Source of the DNA: Acidobacteriota bacterium
GTDB lineage: Bacteria; Acidobacteriota; Thermoanaerobaculia; Multivoradales; UBA5704
Assembly: GCA_040005235.1 (NCBI GenBank)
Contig: JBDTZG010000050.1
Span: forward strand, 1 to 39,709
Length of the DNA stretch: 39,709 nucleotides
Reading direction: 5' to 3'
In this document: positions 17,665 to 25,903 of the stretch, one piece after another
Layout of the letters: every line of letters begins with the position of its first letter
Position numbering within the stretch: the first letter of the stretch is position 1
Translations under genes and position numbers: made by a program
The notes under the pieces: generated by a model
Databases searched by the model: none
Seen by the model: the letters and a program-made list of their open reading frames with translations, nothing else
What the model was told of the DNA's origin: nothing

Positions 17665-18465
17665 ATGAACGATTTCGGGATCGCTGTGGGCTTCCTTCGC
17701 CTGCTTCGCGGCTGGAGCCGCGAGCAATTGGCCCGTGAGGCAGGAATGGACGTCGCCTCGATCGCCCGCTACGAACAAGGGGGCAGCCCGCGCCGACGAA
17801 CCGTCGACCAGATTCGCCAGGCGTTCGGCCTGTCGCCTGCGAGCTGGCGCCGGCTGCTCCATCTGATCGCCGACTTTCGCCGCGAAATGGCCGCAATGGC
17901 GCCCGCCGGCTCCGCGGCCGATGCGGAAGGCCCCGAGCCGATCGAAGAACTGCTGGCCGCATTGGCGCCGCGGGTTTTTGGAGCTTTCTCCTCCCTATCG
18001 ATCGTCACGGCCAAGTCCCCTCCCCCGCCCGGCGCCGCCGACCGCAAACGCGCCAACCAGCTCTGGGCTCGGCTTCGGTCTCTGAGCACGGCGGCCCGCC
18101 GCGCATTGATCGCCGAAGGCGAAGAGTTCCTCTCCTGGGCGCTCGCCGAACGCTTAAGCCTGGAGAGCGAAAAGATCGTTCCCGACCGCGTGGACGAAGC
18201 GCTGGCGCTCGCCGAAATGGCCGATCGGATCGCCGAGCACGCTCCCATGCCGCCCAAGTTTCGTTGCCTGCTGAGAGGTCTGACCACCGCCAGCTTGGGC
18301 CACGCCAAGCACTTCGCCGGGCAACTCCGGGGAGCCGAGACGGCGTTCCGCCGTTCGAACGAGCTGTGGAAGGCCGGAGCCGGCGGCGATCTGACGGGTC
18401 TGCTGGATGGCTCGCGGCGGCTCCGGCTGATTGCGAGGCAGGGTCTGTCGCTCAGCAGTATGTGA
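17665..18465 (+). CDS. XRE-family HTH regulator, C-terminally shortened paralog of 15702..17177
   Basis: LRLLRGWSREQLAREAGMDVASIARYEQG HTH. Shared blocks WALAERLSLESEKIVPD vs WALSVRFGEESTKAAPD, and GDLTGLLDGSRRL vs GDPDHLLDHSRRL; it stops shortly after the latter. Confidence 0.8.
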   Translation: MNDFGIAVGFLRLLRGWSREQLAREAGMDVASIARYEQGGSPRRRTVDQIRQAFGLSPASWRRLLHLIADFRREMAAMAPAGSAADAEGPEPIEELLAALAPRVFGAFSSLSIVTAKSPPPPGAADRKRANQLWARLRSLSTAARRALIAEGEEFLSWALAERLSLESEKIVPDRVDEALALAEMADRIAEHAPMPPKFRCLLRGLTTASLGHAKHFAGQLRGAETAFRRSNELWKAGAGGDLTGLLDGSRRLRLIARQGLSLSSM

Positions 18466-18525
18466 CATCTGAGAGTCTCGCTTTCTCCCTTATCCGACAC
18501 CTATCAAGATGTAGGCCTGAGTGGG

Positions 18526-18557
18526 ATCTTGCATTTTTCCGGGCAAGATGTTAATTT
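18526..18557 (+). promoter_or_regulatory. Sigma70-type promoter overlapped by an inverted repeat
   Basis: TTGCAT (18529-34), 17-nt spacer, TAATTT (18552-57) with a TGn extension; IR ATCTTGC-N10-GCAAGAT (18526-18549). Confidence 0.55.
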
Positions 18558-18593
18558 TACTCTACAGATAATGCACACTTGAAGGAGTCTGTC

Positions 18594-19238
18594 ATGGTCG
18601 CATCCGAGGCGCCCGCCCAAGAAAAAAGCTCCCCCAGAAAGCCCATTGAGTTGATGCCAGAAAACGATCGGTTGGCTCTGGCAATGGAGACCTTTCTCGC
18701 TCGGGAGTTGCGGCAGGCGAGCCCCGCGGGGGATTGGCAGGACGGCATCTGGCGCCCCGACCCAGAGGAGCGCCGGGCCTGCTGCTCCGAGATCGCGCCG
18801 ACCGCCGCGAACAAGCAAGCCCTGGAGGCGCATTGCCGGACGATCCTCCATGTCGCCACTCTCTTCGACGTCCCAACGACCGCCTTGAAGCGCGCGGTGC
18901 GGGCCGAGCGCGAGAAGGTGACCGGCCATGCGACGGATCGCGGCGGTCGCTCCGACAAGCCGCAGGCGGAAGTCTTTTTCGAAGCGAGCCGCGCGGCGCG
19001 CGACGAGGCGTATGCCCAACTGCGGAGAGAGGCCGTCCGATTCGGCCCCGTGCAGGAACGGTTACAGGCGATCGGCTCAGAAGGTCCAGAGGCGATGGCC
19101 GCCTTGCTCGAAGCCGCCGGGATCGGGCTGGAGCGCTATGTTCTGGCGCTGGAATATGCGACGCAGACTGAAACGGCCTATCGTTTTGCCCAAGCTGCAC
19201 GGGACAAATACCGGTCGATCCAAAAAGACGTCGACTGA
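18594..19238 (+). CDS. Hypothetical protein with CC...HCRT..H putative metal-binding motif
   Basis: AAGGAG RBS; GIWRPDPEERRACCSEIAP...EAHCRTILHVATLFDV followed by a helical C-terminus. Confidence 0.7.
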   Translation: MVASEAPAQEKSSPRKPIELMPENDRLALAMETFLARELRQASPAGDWQDGIWRPDPEERRACCSEIAPTAANKQALEAHCRTILHVATLFDVPTTALKRAVRAEREKVTGHATDRGGRSDKPQAEVFFEASRAARDEAYAQLRREAVRFGPVQERLQAIGSEGPEAMAALLEAAGIGLERYVLALEYATQTETAYRFAQAARDKYRSIQKDVD

Positions 19239-19252
19239 CCGTTCTTCAGTTC

Positions 19253-19486
19253 CTAGGCGCTTCTCGGCCGAGGGTCAGGGGCCGACTCTTCAGCCCTTCG
19301 CAGCAGCTCGGATTCCATCTCCCAGCCGGTCAAGGTCGCCAGGTGCGCCAATTTTCCAAGCGCCCCGGCTCGGTGCTCCGGTTGCCGCCGTGAGCCTTCC
19401 CGCAGCAGCTCGGCGACCATCTGAAGCTGGAACGCCAAGGTCGCCATGTCGTCGATTTCTTCCTGGTTTGGCTCTGAACCTCGCAT
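19253..19486 (-). CDS. Small hypothetical protein
   Basis: 77-aa ORF following 19504..19860 on the same strand; alternative start at 19447. Confidence 0.45.
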   Translation of the reverse strand: MRGSEPNQEEIDDMATLAFQLQMVAELLREGSRRQPEHRAGALGKLAHLATLTGWEMESELLRRAEESAPDPRPRSA

Positions 19487-19503
19487 GTTTCAGGTTCCTT
19501 GGC

Positions 19504-19860
19504 TTACTCGGACTCATCGTCATTGGCGGCCAGGGTCGCGCCTGGCAGCGCGATCTCTTCCAGCTCGTTTTCCGGGTCGTATCGGAAGACGATCCCGGCT
19601 TCTGCGGCTTGGCGGCGCATCTTGGCGCGGATCACTTTTTCCGACACGAGCTCGTCGGCAAACTCCCCCACAAGCGCCACGGTGGTTCCCATGTCAAAGA
19701 GCGCCTGAGTCGCCTTTTTCAACTTCTCGCGTTCCACCCGCAAACCTGGGAGTCGGTCCACGGCCCGGCCCACCGCCTCCAAGTAGCCTTGGAGCTCGGC
19801 GTAGGCCTCTACGCTTTTCCGATATCTCCTCTGGTGCTCTCTGATCTCAGCAATCTTCAT
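19504..19860 (-). CDS. Hypothetical helical protein (118 aa)
   Basis: Plausible composition and GAGG upstream; no recognised family. Confidence 0.6.
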   Translation of the reverse strand: MKIAEIREHQRRYRKSVEAYAELQGYLEAVGRAVDRLPGLRVEREKLKKATQALFDMGTTVALVGEFADELVSEKVIRAKMRRQAAEAGIVFRYDPENELEEIALPGATLAANDDESE

Positions 19861-20171
19861 GTGCTTGCCTCGATTCGGGTCATCGGACTACGCCATTTCC
19901 GCGGTGAAAGCCGCTCGCTTAATCGGCAAGACCTTGTCGGGAGGTTCATTTATCCGCGTCAGTCCACAAATTGTACACAAGGATCCTAATCAATCTCAGC
20001 GCCGTTGTCACCCCCTAATTGGCCCTTGAATTGATTTTTACGTCTATGGATGTGAGAAGCCCAAAGAGAAGGGGGTGCACCCCCAACCTTTGCTGCGCCT
20101 TCGGTATGTCCTACCGCTCGCGTGATCGGCCCCCGGAAGACCTTCGCACGGCACGTACTACCCCGCAGTCG

Positions 20172-20540
20172 CTAGGCGGCGGCGCTCACCTCCGGTTTCG
20201 GTGGTGCGGTCGTCGACTTCCGGTTCCGGATGCCCTCCGTACGGACCTTGAAGGTCTCCAGGACCGGATTGTCGAAACCCAACTGGCCGCGGGCGACCGC
20301 CGCGAGGCGGCGAGCCGACCGGCGGGTGGCGCCATCCAATTTGCGGCGCGCGACCACCGCCTCTTTCAGTTTGCCCGTGAGCATCTGGACGGTGTCGTGA
20401 GCGGTGCGCAGGTCGGTGACTTTTTGCCGAAGATCGGCAAACGGCGGATCGACCCCGGGGATGTCGGGCAGCACCTCCTGGATGTTCTGGACGGTGATCT
20501 GCCAGGTGTTGATTTTGTCGGCATACGAGTGGTCCGGCAT
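20172..20540 (-). CDS. Hypothetical coiled-coil protein (122 aa)
   Basis: Strong AAAGGAG RBS; helical heptads; C-terminal G..NP.L..F motif and basic tail. Confidence 0.72.
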   Translation of the reverse strand: MPDHSYADKINTWQITVQNIQEVLPDIPGVDPPFADLRQKVTDLRTAHDTVQMLTGKLKEAVVARRKLDGATRRSARRLAAVARGQLGFDNPVLETFKVRTEGIRNRKSTTAPPKPEVSAAA

Positions 20541-20613
20541 GGCGTTCTCCTTTCTTGTTCCCGACCGCGAAATGCGGTCCGGTCGTTGGCTGGTGCGTTG
20601 TTGTTCCTCCGGG

Positions 20614-20946
20614 TCAGGCCGAAAGGCTGACCGACTTCGCGAGATCGAGTTCCGCCCGAGTGACCGCCCGGCCCCGAGCCGAGAAGGTCACCGTGACCAC
20701 CTCGCCGCGAAACACGAACGTCGGGCCCCGGCGGCAGCCGGGAGTACTCTCGGCGGTAGCGAGCGCGAGCTGCAGAAACGCGACCGCCGCCTTCTGGGTC
20801 GAGAAGCGGAACGAGCGCCGCAGCTGCCGCTTGTTGGTGGAAAGATTCCAGCCGGGCATCTGCCGAAGCTGAATCCGCTCCGCCTTGAGGCGGGTCGGGA
20901 CGGGAGTCAGGGACTGAGTGGGCACCGGTGCAACGCGGGAGCTCAT
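20614..20946 (-). CDS. Pterin-4a-carbinolamine dehydratase (PCD/DCoH)-like protein lacking the catalytic His motif
   Basis: LRQMPGW...QLRRSFRFSTQKAAVAF...AE...VTVTF...VT..ELDLAK; the HHP motif is absent; GGAGG RBS before ATG 20946. Confidence 0.65.
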   Translation of the reverse strand: MSSRVAPVPTQSLTPVPTRLKAERIQLRQMPGWNLSTNKRQLRRSFRFSTQKAAVAFLQLALATAESTPGCRRGPTFVFRGEVVTVTFSARGRAVTRAELDLAKSVSLSA

Positions 20947-21353
20947 GACGAGCACCTCCATTTGAATTGCCCGAACGGGAAATTCCGGCCGAGCGGGTAC
21001 AGCCCTACCGATGAGGTTGAGGAACCGCCCGAAAGTGCCGTCAGCCAAGCTGCGCGGCAAGTGTCCGAAGGGCGTGGGCGACCGTCGTTCTCATCACAGG
21101 ACGCACCCTAAAGGAGAGGTGTCCGAGAAAACGATAGGTCCGCGAAGATTCTTTTTGGGGGGAGGGATATGAGGGATTGCGGAACTGGATGGATTCTACG
21201 AATGCGAAAGCGACGGGCCGCGTGGACCGAACCAACTCAACAGCCCGCTTCAACGACGAACGCATTTCGTTTTCAGCACGGAGTATAGAATTCAACCAGA
21301 ACTTGTGCTGAGACTGCCAGACGCGGTAGCGTGCGCGAAGACTTGGAGGAGCA

Positions 21354-22139
21354 ATGCAGCCCGAAGAGAAGCAGACACTGCTTTCAGAAGCCGGTGTCCT
21401 TGCGGGCATTACAGCATCGGCATACCTGATCGCATTTCTGTATGAGCGTTCGTATCTTGGTTACTACGCGATCCCCCCAGCAATGGTCCGGATCGGGCCG
21501 GATCTGATCCTCCTAGTCGTAGCAGCGCTTCTCGGTTGGGCTTGGCTGATCCCGTGGATCGTGCAGCCGCTAACGGTCCGCTGGCCAGATCATCCAAGCC
21601 TTCGGAATAAGGCAACCCGAGTTTGTGGCGTAACGCTTGTCGCCTTGTGGCCAGTTCAGTACTACGGCTGGGGATGGTGGTGGATTGGTTCTTTCCCTAT
21701 AATCGTCTTCCTATTCGTCACCGAGATTCTATGGCCTGTGATCGCCTACCGAAAAAGAGGCTCCCTCAAGCAGCGTTTAATCGCGGGCGAAGAGGAGAGC
21801 ACCCTCGGGTTTCGGATCCCAGATTCGTTCGCCACCCTCCACAGGTCGATCTGGCTGATTGCGATCGCCTCGTTTCTAGCGTACACGTCCGGTCGCGGAG
21901 TTGCGTACAGTCAGACTGAGTACCTAGTGGTCGAAGCGGAGCCAAGCGTCGTTGTTCTTAGGGTATATTCGGACAGCGTACTCTGTGCGCGCTTCGACCC
22001 TCAGACGAACGTGCTCGACTCGACCATTCAGATTCGCGTCATAGGGCAGGCACCAGCGCTAATATTCAAGCACGCTACTACGGGTCGCCTAAAACAGCCT
22101 GTAGAGAAAGTAACATCCAAGCAGCCGAAGCCGCGCTAG
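21354..22139 (+). CDS. Hypothetical membrane protein (about 5 TM segments)
   Basis: GGAGG RBS; several hydrophobic segments; YL..Y.IP motif; visibly more AT-rich codon usage than the flanks. Confidence 0.7.
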   Translation: MQPEEKQTLLSEAGVLAGITASAYLIAFLYERSYLGYYAIPPAMVRIGPDLILLVVAALLGWAWLIPWIVQPLTVRWPDHPSLRNKATRVCGVTLVALWPVQYYGWGWWWIGSFPIIVFLFVTEILWPVIAYRKRGSLKQRLIAGEEESTLGFRIPDSFATLHRSIWLIAIASFLAYTSGRGVAYSQTEYLVVEAEPSVVVLRVYSDSVLCARFDPQTNVLDSTIQIRVIGQAPALIFKHATTGRLKQPVEKVTSKQPKPR

Positions 22140-22333
22140 AGCCAGTTGGCGGGCGCCGCGATGTCGAGCCTGCGGGCGCGCGGGCAGGCGCGACACCTCG
22201 GATATGCCGTAGATGTCTTGCAGTTGGTCAGGTTTCAGTGGCTGTCAGGCGAGCCCGACTCGGGGCGAATTGATAGGCGCCCTCGGCAAGGGCAAGAAAC
22301 GAATAGCCGAGAAGATAGGAACCGCACGCATTT

Positions 22334-24916
22334 CTACATCCCTAGCAGCACACGCAACATCCGGCGAATATCCAGTTGATCGGTCGACGGGATCGAATTC
22401 TCGTCGCGGCCTACGAGCCAGCGCAACTCTTCGACCAACTTCGCTTCGGCATCGAAATCCTTTAGGATGTGTACAATCGTGATCAGGTTCCAGGTAGTGT
22501 TTGAGGTATCGAAGTGCTCGCGCCCCAACACGCGCTCCTGAATCTCCAGAGTCTGTTCCAGAAGTTTCCTGGCACCGGTGAGATCGCCGAGATCCCGGAG
22601 AGCTATAGCCAGGTTCTTCCTAACCACTAACGTGACCGGGTGTTCACCTCCGAAAACTCGCTCTCGAATCTCCAGCGTCTGTTCCAGGTGGTTCCGTGCA
22701 TCGTCGAGATTCCCGAGCCCCCCGAGGGCAATCGCGAGGTTATTTCTCGCCGTCAGGGTGTCGGAATGCTCGCCCCCCAGCACACGCTCCAGGCTCTCCA
22801 AAGTCTGCGCCTTAAGCTCCATGGCTTGAATACGATCACTGCGAGAGCCAAGGGCCTGAAGGGTTGCCGCCAGACCGCTCTTCGACGTCAAGGTGTCTTG
22901 GTGGTCGGGTCCAAGTTTGCGCTCTCGGAGAGCGAGGATGTGCTCGTGGAGCTTCCGAGCGCTCACAAGATCACCGAGAGCCCTGAAGGTCTCGGCCAGG
23001 TTGGACGCGATCGACAGGGTATAGAGGTGTTCGTCGCCGATGAACTGGATCCCCAACTCAAAGGCTGCTTCAAAGTCCTCTTTTGCGGCTTTCGCGTCGC
23101 CCAAATCGATCCATGCAGCGCCGGAAGCGTTGCGCGCCTTGGCTCGTCTGACAGGGTCTTGATCGGTCAGCTTGAGAGCAGCCTGGGCATCAGCCAAGCT
23201 TTCCGCGTACCGGCCGACCCTTTGAAGCAGTTCTGCGCGTAACAGATGAAAATCGGCGAGGTGATCGAAGGGAACGACCGGGATCGCGGCATCTCCCTGA
23301 CCAACCTGCGCCTGCGAATATGCATCAAGCACCGCTAACCGGCGAAAAGCTGGCCAAGTCTCCGATTCGGCAGCCACTCGCCACACCAAATCCGGATCAA
23401 CCTCCTCGTTCTCGATTGCATTGCGGATCTCCGCCTGTAGCGCCTCGGCCGCCTCCAAACCTACCCACCAGGCAAGCCACCGTTCGTAGCGCTGGCGCGC
23501 CGGACCACTCAACTGCTCGGCGATCGAAAGAAGACAACGCGCCCATCCCCTCCGAGTCACGAGGATCCGCTGCTCCAGCCATCGCAGCAAGGTCGCGGCA
23601 TTCATCTCTCGGCTTGTCCTGGGCTCCTGGTCCAGGATCACGAGCGGCAGCAGCGGATGAGTGAAGGCATAGACGTCGTGCCCGGAAAACCCGGAGACGT
23701 GAAATCCCAAGTCGACCAGCCAGCCAATCTCGTCCACCAGAACGTCGTCCACCCAATCGACGATCGCCTCGGTCGTCGGATCGTCGAGTTCCAGGTGCTT
23801 GACAAGTGCCGCCAGGGGAACATATCTGCCGCAGAGAGCGGCGAGAGACAGGAACTGTCGCAGTACACGCGCCAGATCCGCCTGCCCCTCGACCAACTTC
23901 GCCAGGCGCTCGTCGACCTCCTCGAACAGGCTGCGGGAGAAGGCATCCACCAGCTGCGGATCTTCTATTCCAGCCGGCGGCAGCCGCCAGGTTCCCTTCT
24001 CAAAGGGAAGAAGCTCCGCTTCCATCAGATCCGCCAACTGGTTCGCGATCGCCGCTGGCCGCCCTTGATGTCGCCGCATTAGAACCGCAACGAGGTCGTC
24101 GTGAAAATCGTTGGGATCGAATCGCCGGTCGAGCAACTTGCGCAGTTCGACCGAGTCGAGAGGCGGAACATCCAGGCGCTCGGGCTTGGAGAGAGCCTCG
24201 GGCACGGCCCTCTCCGTAAATACGTCCAGAGGGCAAGAAATCACCAGTAGAAGATTCTCGGGTGCCCGTTCCGCCTCTCGAATCAACCAGCGCCGAAGAT
24301 TGCTGGTGAGCTGTGGGCCATCGCGTACATGTACCAGAACCTTGTGGTGCCGGGTCAGCTCAGCGAGGAAACGATGCAACGTATCCGGGTCATCACGCGG
24401 TGCGACACCACTACCTTTGGCGGGCTGGCTCAACAGTTCGATGAAGTGGCTTAGTGGGTCCTCGAACTGCCAGAGGAGGGAGACGAGCGAAGCCGCCACC
24501 TCGGACGCCTGACCGACCACGTGAAGCTGGCTCAATGCCTTAGCCGCCAACTTCACGGCCCCCTTACCCCGTGCTCGCGCCGCTTCGTGGTGTAGCTCTT
24601 CCTGGCTGATCAGGTGCCGCACGTATTGGGTGAGCGGATTCTCGACATCGGGCTCGAAGCCATCGAGATCAAGGTGCCAGACCGCCACCTTATTTCCTTC
24701 GTCGCGCGCTCTCTGGGCGGCGGCGTCACAGAGGAAGCCTCGGCCAATTCCTGGCTCTCCTCCAAGCAGGACGACCGCGGGTACGCCGGCATCCTCCAAC
24801 CATCCTTTGAGAGCGTCGATCTGCTCGTCCCGATGGAAGTTGAATCGGCCGTAGAGCGACTGCGGCCACTCGAACCAAAGCCTACGGAGAGCCTTTGCTC
24901 GCGGGATCAGGTTCAC
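22334..24916 (-). CDS. STAND/AAA-like P-loop protein with C-terminal 42-aa TPR repeats; degenerate Walker motifs
   Basis: RDEQIDALKGWL...VVLLGGEPGIGRG (Walker A K->R), VLVHVRDG, LDVPPLD, H.GRP. TPR_10/12-type repeats LGPDHQDTL, LGGEHSDTLTARNNLA and FGGEHPVTL. Confidence 0.78.
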   Translation of the reverse strand: MNLIPRAKALRRLWFEWPQSLYGRFNFHRDEQIDALKGWLEDAGVPAVVLLGGEPGIGRGFLCDAAAQRARDEGNKVAVWHLDLDGFEPDVENPLTQYVRHLISQEELHHEAARARGKGAVKLAAKALSQLHVVGQASEVAASLVSLLWQFEDPLSHFIELLSQPAKGSGVAPRDDPDTLHRFLAELTRHHKVLVHVRDGPQLTSNLRRWLIREAERAPENLLLVISCPLDVFTERAVPEALSKPERLDVPPLDSVELRKLLDRRFDPNDFHDDLVAVLMRRHQGRPAAIANQLADLMEAELLPFEKGTWRLPPAGIEDPQLVDAFSRSLFEEVDERLAKLVEGQADLARVLRQFLSLAALCGRYVPLAALVKHLELDDPTTEAIVDWVDDVLVDEIGWLVDLGFHVSGFSGHDVYAFTHPLLPLVILDQEPRTSREMNAATLLRWLEQRILVTRRGWARCLLSIAEQLSGPARQRYERWLAWWVGLEAAEALQAEIRNAIENEEVDPDLVWRVAAESETWPAFRRLAVLDAYSQAQVGQGDAAIPVVPFDHLADFHLLRAELLQRVGRYAESLADAQAALKLTDQDPVRRAKARNASGAAWIDLGDAKAAKEDFEAAFELGIQFIGDEHLYTLSIASNLAETFRALGDLVSARKLHEHILALRERKLGPDHQDTLTSKSGLAATLQALGSRSDRIQAMELKAQTLESLERVLGGEHSDTLTARNNLAIALGGLGNLDDARNHLEQTLEIRERVFGGEHPVTLVVRKNLAIALRDLGDLTGARKLLEQTLEIQERVLGREHFDTSNTTWNLITIVHILKDFDAEAKLVEELRWLVGRDENSIPSTDQLDIRRMLRVLLGM

Positions 24917-25041
24917 GGGGCCACTCCTGCCGGCGGAAGGCGATTGATCGTGGCGAAGTTCCTTGATTATAGAATGCGGCCAGCCAACTCGATCATGCGG
25001 GTCAAATATTCAGAATGAAGGGCTTGCGGGAACGGAAATAG

Positions 25042-25440
25042 GACCAGCTCACCACTGAGCTGGCCTGGATCACCACCGAGCTGGCCCAGATCACCACTGA
25101 GCTGGCCCAGATCACCAGTGAGCTGGACCGGATCACCACTGAGCTGGCCCAGATCACCAGTGAGCTGGACCGGATCACCACTGAGCTGGCCCAGATCACC
25201 AGTGAGCTGGCCTGGATCACCACTCAGCTGGCCCGGATCACCAGTGAGCTGGACCGGATCACTACTGAGCTGGACCGGATCACTACTGAGCTGGACCGGA
25301 TCACTACAGACCTGGCCCGGATCACCACTGAGCTGGTCCAGATCACCACTGAGCTGGACCAGACCACCACTTAGCTGGACCAGACCACCACTTAGCTGGG
25401 CCAGATCACCGGTGAGCTGGCTTAGATCACCAGTGAGCTG
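25042..25440. repeat. Tandem array of 19 x 21-bp quasi-palindromic units
   Basis: Consensus GATCACCA(C/G)TGAGCTGG(C/A)C(C)(A/G); counted as 19 heptads (QLSGDPV/QLTGDLG) in the minus-strand translation; 399 bp. Confidence 0.95.
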
Positions 25441-25466
25441 GCCCCCCTCCCCCACCTCCTCCGAGG

Positions 25467-25508
25467 CAGCTCGGCCTGGAAAATTGCGACCGCGCCGTCG
25501 ATCACCCT
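25467..25508 (-). pseudogene. vapC: 5' remnant of vapC
   Basis: After the vapB stop: TGA-GG-GTGATCGAC... encodes VIDGAVAIFQAEL vs MVIDTSALVAILQDEP in the second copy; the start ATG is mutated and the rest is missing. Confidence 0.7.
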
Positions 25509-25762
25509 CACCCGGGCAGACCGTTTTCGTCGTAGCCCAAGATCTCGTCGGCCGGCCGCGGGTCGAGAACCGGCAGTCGGGCGCAATGGAGAGCGATCTC
25601 ATCGAGATCGTCGGCAAGGCGACGCTCTTGCCGCGCACGCCGAATCCGCACCAACGGGTCGCGAAGAGCACGCCGGACTGCCTCGGTCTTGGTCTCGCCG
25701 GAAAGGCTGGCCAGCGCTTGGGCCAGTTCTTCCATTTCACGATTTCTGATGTTGATCGCCAT
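25508..25762 (-). CDS. vapB: Type II TA antitoxin VapB (Rv0623/VapB30-like), copy 1
   Basis: MAINIRN.E.E.LA..LA...GETKTEAVRRAL...DEILGYDENGLP; GAGGAG RBS. Confidence 0.88.
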   Translation of the reverse strand: MAINIRNREMEELAQALASLSGETKTEAVRRALRDPLVRIRRARQERRLADDLDEIALHCARLPVLDPRPADEILGYDENGLPG

Positions 25763-25772
25763 GCTCCTCACC

Positions 25773-25818
25773 TGTAGCAGTCCGCCTACACGGTAACGAC
25801 CCCGTCCCGGTTCGTCAA
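25773..25818 (-). promoter_or_regulatory. vapB promoter/operator, copy A
   Basis: -35 TTGACG (25813-18), 17-nt spacer, -10 TACCGT (25790-95); IR TGTAG-N8-CTACA at 25773-25790. Confidence 0.7.
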
Positions 25819-25903
25819 TCCGAATTCACCAACCCGTTCAGGTTCGGTTCAGCCAGACCTCCACAGAATGGCGGCCCACGAAGGCATACCAAGGGGGCCG
25901 AGA

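Noticed and set aside
17174-17668. 164-aa plus-strand ORF bridging the two XRE genes with 4-nt overlaps at both ends
   Set aside because: It is antisense to the peptide gene, which has an RBS, signal peptide and repeated motif; its own sequence is featureless. The neat overlaps are curious but probably chance.
14687-21000. Prophage
   Set aside because: XRE regulators and small hypotheticals are present, but no structural, replication, lysis or integrase genes.
22140-22333. Integron attC site after the membrane-protein gene
   Set aside because: A hairpin exists (TGTCG-A-GCCTGC...GCAGGC-G-CGACA), but there are no properly placed RYYYAAC/GTTRRRY boxes and no integrase.
25042-25440. CRISPR array
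   Set aside because: Units are contiguous 21-mers with no unique spacers, and there are no cas genes in the window.
24967-25777. Track ORFs of 257 aa (-) and 219 aa (+) spanning the repeat
   Set aside because: They overlap vapB out of frame or antisense, and several frames stay open simply because of the repeat; no convincing start or RBS.
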